From Bacteroidales bacterium (lineage in GTDB: Bacteria; Bacteroidota; Bacteroidia; Bacteroidales; Paludibacteraceae), in NCBI GenBank assembly GCA_021371875.1, contig JAJFVH010000135.1:10282-74281 (forward strand): 64,000 nucleotides of DNA, given 5' to 3'. The notes beneath the pieces are model-generated. The model ran no database searches, had not been told where the DNA came from, and saw only the letters and a program-made list of their open reading frames with translations. Positions 29,326 through 37,728 of the stretch are shown here, in pieces; position 1 is the stretch's first letter; the number at the start of each line of letters is the position of its first letter. Made by a program: the position numbers and the translations under genes.

Positions 29326-30987
29326 ATGAAAGATTTTAAAATACCCGAATTAGGTGAAAATATAAGTTCAGCCACTGTGATCAAGGTTTTAGTAAAAGCA
29401 GGTGATACAATTGAGCTCGATCAACCTGTTTTGGAACTCGAAACGGACAAGGCAACCATTGAAGTACCTTCGGATGTTAGTGGTAAAATAATTGAAATAA
29501 AAATAAAAGATGGTGATGTTGTTACCATCGGACAAGTGATCTTCAGTGTGGAATTTACTGAAGTTATTGCTCAAAACGCAGTTTCAGCTTCGGCGGGAAC
29601 AACTCCGGTTATTGAACCGGTTGCTGAACTAAATGCTGGTTCGGTTGATGTTCCCCAAAAAACAGCAACCGTGCCGACTGAACAGGACTTTTTACTCCCG
29701 GAACTGGGCGAAAATATTACCACTGCAACCATAATTAAAATACTTGTCGCAGTGGGCGGTACTGTTGAAATTGACCAGTCAGTTCTGGAACTCGAAACCG
29801 ATAAAGCTACTATTGAAGTCCCTTCGACTGTTACAGGAAGAGTTACAGAAGTATTAGTAAATGAGGGCGATGTAATTCCTGTTGGTGCAGTTGTTTTTAA
29901 AGTAAGCGCCAATGTTGAAGCGCAGGTTCAGGTTTCTGCTGCATTACAAACTACGGCGTCTGTTGTACAAACGCCTATAATTACCGAAGAAAAAGTTGAA
30001 ACGTTTACTCCGGTAAATAATGTGCCGGCAGAATCTCCAAAAGTAATTTTGGTTGATAATCAGCCGCCTGTACTTTTAAATGCTGCGCCGGCAGCGCCAT
30101 CTGTTCGCCGTCTGGCACGCGAAATAGGTGTTGATGTAAATCAAGTAAAAGGTTCAGGTCCGGGTGGACGCATTTTACTTGATGACGTGAAGGCCTACAG
30201 TAAAGCATTGCACCAGCAACGTAATGAAATGCAACATATCCGTGTTGAACAACATCAGGAACCGCTGCCCGATTTCACAAAATTTGGTGAGGTTGAATCG
30301 CAACCCATGTCGAATATCCGTTATAAAACGGCGGAGCATTTGAGCTATGCATGGCACACGATTCCACACGTAACACAATTCGACAAAGCAGATATCACGG
30401 CCTTAGAGGAATTCCGTAAAAACTACGCAAAGACTGCAGAAAAACAAGGGGTAAAACTAACTGTAACTGCAATTCTGGTGAAAATTATTGCTTCGGCGCT
30501 GAAAAAATTTCCACAGTTTAATGCCAGTGTAGACATGCAGACCAAAGAAATTATTTATAAGAAATATTTCAATATAGGTATTGCCGTTGATACCGAGTTC
30601 GGTCTGATAGTGCCGGTAATTAAAAACGCCGAAAAATTGAATGTTATTGATATTTCGAAAGAAATTAATCAACTTGCAGAAAGAGCACGTACTAAGAAAG
30701 CAAGTATTGCAGATATGCAGGGTGGCTGTTTTACCATTACGAATCTTGGAGGCATTGGCGGAACAGCCTTTACTCCGATTATCAATGCTCCGGAAGTAGC
30801 CATTCTTGGTATTTCGAAAGGAAACATAGAGCCGGTATATATCAATGGCAAATTTGAACCAAGAACGATGCTTCCGTTATCACTTTCGTACGATCACCGG
30901 GTAATTGATGGTGCCGACGGAATCCGTTTCCTGCGTTGGGTAATCGATGCTATCGAGAATCCCATGAAATTTATTATTGAAGGATAA
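29326..30987 (+). CDS. aceF: dihydrolipoamide acetyltransferase E2, two lipoyl domains
   Basis: Two LETDKAT lipoyl motifs, PSVRRLARE E3-binding domain, DHRVIDG catalytic motif. Confidence 0.93.
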   Translation: MKDFKIPELGENISSATVIKVLVKAGDTIELDQPVLELETDKATIEVPSDVSGKIIEIKIKDGDVVTIGQVIFSVEFTEVIAQNAVSASAGTTPVIEPVAELNAGSVDVPQKTATVPTEQDFLLPELGENITTATIIKILVAVGGTVEIDQSVLELETDKATIEVPSTVTGRVTEVLVNEGDVIPVGAVVFKVSANVEAQVQVSAALQTTASVVQTPIITEEKVETFTPVNNVPAESPKVILVDNQPPVLLNAAPAAPSVRRLAREIGVDVNQVKGSGPGGRILLDDVKAYSKALHQQRNEMQHIRVEQHQEPLPDFTKFGEVESQPMSNIRYKTAEHLSYAWHTIPHVTQFDKADITALEEFRKNYAKTAEKQGVKLTVTAILVKIIASALKKFPQFNASVDMQTKEIIYKKYFNIGIAVDTEFGLIVPVIKNAEKLNVIDISKEINQLAERARTKKASIADMQGGCFTITNLGGIGGTAFTPIINAPEVAILGISKGNIEPVYINGKFEPRTMLPLSLSYDHRVIDGADGIRFLRWVIDAIENPMKFIIEG

Positions 30988-31036
30988 AAGAATTTGCCAT
31001 TTATTCATTTACTATTTACCTTTATAGAAAAAATAT

Positions 31037-32449
31037 ATGAGTCAGAATATAGTTGTAATCGGAGGTGGACCTGGCGGTTATGCTGCTGCATTTTACGCTG
31101 CCGATCTGGGAATGAACGTTACACTGGTGGATTTGGAGAAAAATCCGGGCGGTGTGTGTTTGTATCGGGGTTGCATTCCTTCGAAAGCGTTACTCCATGT
31201 TGCCAAATTGATTAACGAGGCTAAAGACGCTAAAGAATGGGGTGTCGATTTTGGCGAGCCTCAAATTGATATTGACAAACTTCGTGGTTTTAAAAACAAA
31301 GTGGTTAATAAACTCACCGGCGGCTTGGGCATTCTGAGTAAACAGCGCAAAATAAATTTCGTACAGGGACGGGCTAAATTTATTTCGTCGGATATGATTG
31401 AAGTGAGCAAAAGCGATAGTTCAACCGAGCAGATTAGGTTTGATAAAGCTATTATTGCCACAGGGTCGGTGATTGCTACTATCCCAGCGTTGCAAATTGA
31501 TAGTCCGCGATTACTGAATTCGACAACGGCACTCGATTTGCCGGCGATTCCAAAATCATTATTGGTGGTGGGCGGAGGTTATATCGGACTGGAACTGGGG
31601 TCGGTTTATGCAGCTTTAGGAACTAAAGTTTCAGTGGTCGAGTTTATGGACAGGTTGCTGCCGGGAGCCGATCAGGATTTGGTATCGCATTTGCAAAAAC
31701 GAATTTCGGCATCTTTCGATAAAATCATGTTACAATCTAAAGTAGTGGAAATGAAAGAAGTGGCTGATGGATTGACGGTGAAAATAGAAAACAAAGATAA
31801 ACAAATAGAAGAACAACATTACGATTATGTATTGATGTCAATCGGACGGAAACCGCAAACTGCAGGTCTGGGACTTGAAAACACCAGAGTACAGGTGAAC
31901 GAACGTGGTTGGGTTATTGCCGATAATACGTTGAAAACGAATGACGATAATATTTATGCCATTGGAGATATTGTAGGAGAACCCATGTTGGCACACAAAG
32001 CTTCGCACGAAGGACGTGTGGCGGTTGATGCCATTTCGGGTAAAAAAGTAGTTTTCGAACCATTGGCTATCCCGGCAGTAGTATTTACCGATCCCGAAAT
32101 TGCCTGGGCTGGTATCACCGAGAATCAGGCGAATGCAAAAGGTATCAAATTCGAATTAGCCAAGTTCCCCTGGGCGGCAAGCGGCAGAGCGACTACGTTG
32201 GACAGGAGCGATGGATTGACCAAATTAATCATTGATCCCGAAACCGAACGAATTCTCGGCATCGGTATTTGCGGGCCGGGAGCCGGCGAACTGATAGCAG
32301 AAGGTGTGTTGGCTATCGAAATGGGAGCGACGGTCAAAGACCTGGCGCTTACCATTCATCCTCACCCCACTTTGTCGGAAACGCTTATGGAAGCTGCTGA
32401 ACTGTTTTACGGGCATTCGTCACATATTTACAAGCCGGCGAAACACTAA
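31037..32449 (+). CDS. lpdA: dihydrolipoamide dehydrogenase E3
   Basis: GGGPGGY, GGVCLYRGCIPSK, HPHPTLSE. Confidence 0.96.
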   Translation: MSQNIVVIGGGPGGYAAAFYAADLGMNVTLVDLEKNPGGVCLYRGCIPSKALLHVAKLINEAKDAKEWGVDFGEPQIDIDKLRGFKNKVVNKLTGGLGILSKQRKINFVQGRAKFISSDMIEVSKSDSSTEQIRFDKAIIATGSVIATIPALQIDSPRLLNSTTALDLPAIPKSLLVVGGGYIGLELGSVYAALGTKVSVVEFMDRLLPGADQDLVSHLQKRISASFDKIMLQSKVVEMKEVADGLTVKIENKDKQIEEQHYDYVLMSIGRKPQTAGLGLENTRVQVNERGWVIADNTLKTNDDNIYAIGDIVGEPMLAHKASHEGRVAVDAISGKKVVFEPLAIPAVVFTDPEIAWAGITENQANAKGIKFELAKFPWAASGRATTLDRSDGLTKLIIDPETERILGIGICGPGAGELIAEGVLAIEMGATVKDLALTIHPHPTLSETLMEAAELFYGHSSHIYKPAKH

Positions 32450-32466
32450 AGTAAGTTGATAATTAT

Positions 32467-32516
32467 AAAAAAGAAATCCTGAAAAGCTGTAATGGTTTTT
32501 TCAGGATTTTCTTTTT
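32467..32516 (+). terminator. terminator of the PDH operon
   Basis: AAAAAGAAATCCTGAAAA...TTTTCAGGATTTTCTTTTT. Confidence 0.75.
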
Positions 32517-32835
32517 ATGTATATACCCTCCAGTTGATGCAGGCTTGCAAGCTGTGTCCCAAACAAGAAAGTTTTTGGACTACGCCTAAAATAGCAATTC
32601 TTAATTGTAGCGTCGTCTTAAGGAGAATATATCCTATGTTTTTGAAGAAACAAACGTCAGAACAGAGTTAACACAGCAGTAGTTGTTTCTATGGAGTAGA
32701 TTCTTAAATTCTAAGCAGAATTATATTTTGTTTATATTCAATTATATAATCTTCTTTTTCAAAATAAAATTCTACCATTAACATTATTTAACCTCAAATT
32801 ATTTGTGTAATTCAAAATTCCATAATACTTTTTCA

Positions 32836-32857
32836 GTGTACTAATAAACTAATACAC
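32836..32857. promoter_or_regulatory. palindromic operator resembling a GntR/YtrA box
   Basis: GTGTACTA-ATAAAC-TAATACAC, arms 7/8 complementary. Confidence 0.5.
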
Positions 32858-33092
32858 CAAGACTCAAATACAACTGAAATGAAAAAAAGGAGACAACATA
32901 TAAAAGGAACCCAAATTCAAGAAAACGGATCGGGCTGAGAAAAATAATTTTAAAAATATTAGTCTGTTTAAATCCAAACGACATATTTATTGCGTCTAAT
33001 TAAAAAAATATCGATAATCGATGTAATATTATTAAACTTCAATCGTCTTTATAAAAAAGAATCAAATATCTAATCATAAAAATCGAATAAGA

Positions 33093-35507
33093 ATGAAACC
33101 AAGTTTTTCAAACTATTTTTTGTTAATCTGCTTTTCGGTGAATGCAATTTTTGTCGCAGCCGAAGTATCGACCGTCACGGTAAAAGGAAAAGTAATCGAT
33201 GAAAAAAATCACCCCATCGAATATGCCACGGCAACATTAATCAGTCCGGCTACCAAAGAAATTGTTAAGGGTGAAGTGTGCAATCAAAAAGGAGAATTTA
33301 CAATACATAAAGTAAACAAAGGCGAATACATACTCTCTGTTAGTATGTTGGGCTATGACCGGCTTGAAACAGAAAAATTAATTGTGGACGGTAAAAATGC
33401 CGTAATTAAAAAGAAAATTGTTTTGCGCGAAAGTGCTGAGCTGCTGAATGATGTGGTGGTTACAGCCAGAAAGCAGTTTATCGAACAATCAGTAGATAAA
33501 ATGGTGATAAATCCCGAAGCTTCCATCACTTCAGCTTCGGAAAATGTGTACGAAATACTGCGAAAACTACCGGGAGTTACTATCGACAACAACGACAATA
33601 TCAGCCTGAAAGGCATGCAGGGTGTAAAAGTACTTATCGACGACAAACCGACTTATGTTTCGTCGACTCAATTGGCTTCGTTATTGAAGAGTATGCAGGG
33701 AAAAAATGTTGATAAAATTGAAATTATCGAAAATCCATCGGCGCGTTACGATGCGGAAGGTAATTCGGGAATTATCAATATCAAAACAAAACACACGAAA
33801 GCTCCGGGTTTTAACGGAAGTGTAAATGCGGGGATGAACATTGCCCGTAAATTCGGTTGGAATGGTGGTCTGGATTTGAATATGAATTATGGGAAACTGA
33901 ACTTGTACGGAAACTATTCAAATTATCATTGGGCAGGCTGGTACGGGATGGATGCTTCGCGCCGTTTTACCAGCACCGCACTCGAAGGTGCATATCAATT
34001 GATTGAAAGTGAAGGTACATACAACGGTAGCGCTCATAACTATAAAATCGGTGTGGATTATTATATTGCTAAAAATCATGTAATTAGTGCTATGTTTCGT
34101 GGAAACAGGGGATCGAACAGCAATGATGAAAACAGCACGACCTCCTTTGCCGATCGATATAAAAATGTAGATTCAACTCTGGTAACTGTTTCAACGTCCA
34201 ATAATCGATGGAATAACGAAACTTATAACCTGAATTATAAATGGGATATTGATACGACCGGACAATCACTTTCGTTCGACATGGATTATGCCCGGTTTTA
34301 TTTTATGAGCCCGAATTCGCAAAACGGACATTATTACGATATGACCGGCGCCGATTTGAATCACGATATTACTGTCGCTACAACGCAGGGAAACAACATT
34401 GATATTTTTACATCTAAACTCGACTATGTGCTACCGGTGAATAAAAACATCAACCTGGAAGCAGGCTTAAAAACCAGTTTTGTAAATACCGACAGCTATA
34501 TCGACATGGACGGTTATCTGAACCAGAATGATCATTTTGTTTACGAAGAAAATATTCAGGCAGCTTATGTCAATGGACGAGCCCAATTGAACAAAACCAC
34601 TTTGCAATTGGGTTTACGACTCGAGAATACCATCTCGAAAGGAACTTCGGTGGTTACCAACCAGATTAATGATACATCGTATCTGAAATTGTTTCCATCA
34701 TTCTTTGTACAACAGAAACTAAATGATAATCATAGTATTAATTTCAAATACAGTTACCGGATCGGTCGTCCGAGTTATCACAACCTGAATCCGTTTATGT
34801 GGATGGTCGACCCGTATACTTATAACGTTGGAAACCCGAATTTGAAACCGCAGTTTACACATTCGGCAGGCTTGAGCCACAACTACAAAGGGGCTTTAAT
34901 TACCAGTTTGGGCGTGAATTACACCAGGGGCTTGTTTACCGAAATTATTCGTCAGGACGATACGTCGAAAACGGTTTATCAAACCATGGAAAATCTGAAT
35001 AATTCATTGGATATCAATGCTTCCGAAACATTCCAGTTCCAACCGTTCAAATGGTGGAATTTGAATGGCACAGTAACCGGTATGTATAAAACCATTCAAA
35101 TGTACGACGATAGCAATTTACCTTTAAACAAAATGAGTGTAATTGCCAACATGAGTAATAATTTCACATTGCCTTACAAAATCGGTCTTGAAGTGAGCGG
35201 AAGATATTCATCAGAGCAATTGATCAGCAATATTATCATCCGTCCCCGATATACAATCGACCTTGGATTGCAACGCAACATCCTGAAAGATCAGGGAGTG
35301 ATAAAGATAGCGGTAAGCGATATTTTCAAAACAGCTAGCGGCGGAGCTTATGCCAAATACGACAATGTGGACATTGATGTAATGAATAAATGGGATTCGC
35401 GCCGATTGAAAATCACTTTCAATTACCGGTTTGGAAAGGATAATTTTAAAACACGCGCCAATCGTTCCACTTCGTCGAGCGAAGAACAAAACAGAAGTTC
35501 GAAATAA
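33093..35507 (+). CDS. TonB-dependent outer-membrane receptor (carboxypeptidase-regulatory-like N-domain, plug, beta-barrel; non-SusC type)
   Basis: Signal peptide, LLNDVVVTA, LRKLPGV, IEIIENPSARYDAEG, GNPNLKPQF, FNYRFG plus charged tail. Confidence 0.88.
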   Translation: MKPSFSNYFLLICFSVNAIFVAAEVSTVTVKGKVIDEKNHPIEYATATLISPATKEIVKGEVCNQKGEFTIHKVNKGEYILSVSMLGYDRLETEKLIVDGKNAVIKKKIVLRESAELLNDVVVTARKQFIEQSVDKMVINPEASITSASENVYEILRKLPGVTIDNNDNISLKGMQGVKVLIDDKPTYVSSTQLASLLKSMQGKNVDKIEIIENPSARYDAEGNSGIINIKTKHTKAPGFNGSVNAGMNIARKFGWNGGLDLNMNYGKLNLYGNYSNYHWAGWYGMDASRRFTSTALEGAYQLIESEGTYNGSAHNYKIGVDYYIAKNHVISAMFRGNRGSNSNDENSTTSFADRYKNVDSTLVTVSTSNNRWNNETYNLNYKWDIDTTGQSLSFDMDYARFYFMSPNSQNGHYYDMTGADLNHDITVATTQGNNIDIFTSKLDYVLPVNKNINLEAGLKTSFVNTDSYIDMDGYLNQNDHFVYEENIQAAYVNGRAQLNKTTLQLGLRLENTISKGTSVVTNQINDTSYLKLFPSFFVQQKLNDNHSINFKYSYRIGRPSYHNLNPFMWMVDPYTYNVGNPNLKPQFTHSAGLSHNYKGALITSLGVNYTRGLFTEIIRQDDTSKTVYQTMENLNNSLDINASETFQFQPFKWWNLNGTVTGMYKTIQMYDDSNLPLNKMSVIANMSNNFTLPYKIGLEVSGRYSSEQLISNIIIRPRYTIDLGLQRNILKDQGVIKIAVSDIFKTASGGAYAKYDNVDIDVMNKWDSRRLKITFNYRFGKDNFKTRANRSTSSSEEQNRSSK

Positions 35508-35667
35508 GCGGTTTGGAAATTTGACGTTTCGAGTTCTGCATTTGGATTTCACTGAACAGTAAAAAATAATAGATATTTTTAATCCAATTAATTAACTCAT
35601 TATTTCCCCTTTTTTTAACGCTTGCAATGCAGCAGTTTATAGGAGGCTTAACAATAAAAAAACAATT

Positions 35668-36087
35668 ATGAAAACGAATAAAAAACAATCAATCAGAATT
35701 TTGGCCGTTACAGCCATATTATTTTTCTCGGCTTCAATTTTTGCAAAAGCCAACACAACCATTAAAGGACGCGTATTGGACAATTTTAATCACCCCGTTG
35801 AATATGCAACGGCAACTATCATTTCTCCTGAAACCATGACTATCGTGGAAGGTGATATGTGCGACTATAATGGTGATTTTGTCATTGAAAATGTACAACC
35901 GGGCGAATATATTTTATCGGTACGTCAGGTGGGATTTGATAAAAATGAAACCCGGAAAATAGTTGTAAGTGAAAATAATGAAGTTTTTGAGGTTAATACT
36001 GTAGTGTTGAACGAAACGAACATTCTGTTAGATGAACTGGAAGTAATCGCTAAATTACAAAATTCCGAAAATCAAAAACATTCATAG
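35668..36087 (+). CDS. stand-alone carboxypeptidase-regulatory-like domain protein, paralogue of the upstream receptor N-terminus
   Basis: NHPVEYATATIISP vs NHPIEYATATLISP; GEYILSV in both; own signal peptide. Confidence 0.75.
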   Translation: MKTNKKQSIRILAVTAILFFSASIFAKANTTIKGRVLDNFNHPVEYATATIISPETMTIVEGDMCDYNGDFVIENVQPGEYILSVRQVGFDKNETRKIVVSENNEVFEVNTVVLNETNILLDELEVIAKLQNSENQKHS

Positions 36088-36217
36088 TTTTAGGTAAAAA
36101 ATAGATTTGTGTTCGTATAAAAGAGGGAGTTCCGACGTGATGTCGGAAAAATACTGAAAAATGGGCGTTAGTTCTCGTATATTTTGATTTAATTTGCGCT
36201 TTTAAAATATATTACCC

Positions 36218-37504
36218 ATGAGAAAGATTTCAATCAGTATTTCCCTCTTTTTTATTTTTGCTTTATCTTCTGTTGCTCAATCGTATAATAAGTATTTTAC
36301 GGGTAAAGCCTGTCGTATTGATTTCCAGTTTTGTGGAAATTCAACTTCAACTGCTGCTTTCCTCGACAAAATAAAAGAAGAACCTTTCTGGGGTGGCCGC
36401 CGGTCGAATTTAACTGCCGATTTGAACCTTGGCGAATACCGTTTTCAGGTTGCCGACAGCACCACAAGCAAACTGATTTACATCGACGGTTTCAGCACGC
36501 TTTACTTCGAATGGCAAACTTCCGACGAAGCAAAGCACGTAAGCAAAAGCTTTGAACAAAGCGTTCAGTTTCCGTTCCCTAAAAATGCAGTAAAAGTAAC
36601 CATCGAAAAACGATTGGACTTTGATAAATGGGAAACTTTGTTACAGTTTGGGTTTTCGCCCGACGATAAATTAATACGTCGCAATAAACCCGAATCTGTT
36701 GCTGTCAAGGAAATTTTCAAAACCGTTTCGCCCGAGAAAGGAGTTGATATTGCCGTTATTGCCGAAGGTTATACCTCTGATGGAATGAGTAAGTTTTATG
36801 ACGATGCGCAAAAATTAGCAGAAAGTCTTTTCACGCACGAGCCATTTGCCCGATATAAAAACCGTATCAATGTTTACGCCGTTGCAGCTCCTTCCGAGAA
36901 TTCAGGAATATCCACGCCACATGAAAACAGATGGAAAAATACGGCTCTTGGGTCACATTTTTATACTTTTTACGAACCCCGTTACCTGACGTCGCCCAAC
37001 GTTTTCCGCATTCGTGATTTTGCGGCAGCGGTTCCTTATGATGCTATTTACGTCCTTGCCAACACGTCAACTTACGGAGGCGGAGGTATCTATAATTTTT
37101 ACGCGTTGGCTTCGGCCGACAGTAAAAGAGCTCAATCGCAGGTTGTTGTGCATGAATTCGGACATTCGTTTGCAGGGCTTGGAGATGAGTATTTCAAGGA
37201 AGATCCGGATGTTTTGGATGACATGTACGATACTAAAACTGAACCGTGGGAGCCAAATCTTACTTCGTTGGTACGATTCGAAACGAAATGGAAAAATGAT
37301 TTGCCGCAAGGAACTACGATTCCTACAAAGGTAAACAATGAAACCAAGAAGTTGAAAATCGGCGTATTCGAAGGAGGCGGTTATCTCACCAAAGGCATGT
37401 ACCGGTCGGCTTACGATTGCCGGATGAGAACGAACGAAGCGCCTGCATTTTGTGCGGTTTGCGAAAAAACGGTGGAAAGAATGATTTTATTTTTGACAGA
37501 GTAA
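36218..37504 (+). CDS. M64 family metallopeptidase (IgA peptidase-like)
   Basis: YGGGGIYN, HEFGHSFAGLGDEY zinc motif, EPWEPNLT, CRMR...FCAVC; signal peptide. Confidence 0.9.
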   Translation: MRKISISISLFFIFALSSVAQSYNKYFTGKACRIDFQFCGNSTSTAAFLDKIKEEPFWGGRRSNLTADLNLGEYRFQVADSTTSKLIYIDGFSTLYFEWQTSDEAKHVSKSFEQSVQFPFPKNAVKVTIEKRLDFDKWETLLQFGFSPDDKLIRRNKPESVAVKEIFKTVSPEKGVDIAVIAEGYTSDGMSKFYDDAQKLAESLFTHEPFARYKNRINVYAVAAPSENSGISTPHENRWKNTALGSHFYTFYEPRYLTSPNVFRIRDFAAAVPYDAIYVLANTSTYGGGGIYNFYALASADSKRAQSQVVVHEFGHSFAGLGDEYFKEDPDVLDDMYDTKTEPWEPNLTSLVRFETKWKNDLPQGTTIPTKVNNETKKLKIGVFEGGGYLTKGMYRSAYDCRMRTNEAPAFCAVCEKTVERMILFLTE

Positions 37505-37646
37505 TAATGTGTCTAAGCCATTTCGCATAGTAAACATAGAATAAAAATTAAATGCTTAAAATATTCAGAAAGTCATAATCAAAAAGAACTATTGTGTTAT
37601 TTATTGTGTTTCTAAGTATAGATAGAAGCATATCAAAATACTAATT

Positions 37647-37682
37647 ACGACCTCGTTCTATAACATGAATGAGGTCGTTTTA
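37647..37682 (+). terminator. terminator after the M64 peptidase gene
   Basis: ACGACCTCGTTC...GAATGAGGTCGT followed by T-tract. Confidence 0.6.
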
Positions 37683-37697
37683 TAATGAAAATAGCAT

Positions 37698-37705
37698 TAT
37701 CTTTG
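37698..37705 (+). promoter_or_regulatory. -7 box (TATCTTTG) of metH
   Basis: TAnnTTTG 23 nt upstream of the ATG. Confidence 0.6.
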
Positions 37706-37728
37706 CACTTTAAATTATAAAAAGAATA

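Noticed and set aside
29326-29900. Internal DNA repeat in aceF
   Set aside because: Explained by the two lipoyl domains.
32970-33055. AAAC...CGTCT motifs as ECF sigma promoters for the TonB receptor
   Set aside because: Spacing differs between the two occurrences and the match is too short to support.
37505-37728. SAM or cobalamin riboswitch upstream of metH
   Set aside because: The -7 box is only 23 nt from the ATG and no riboswitch core motifs are visible.
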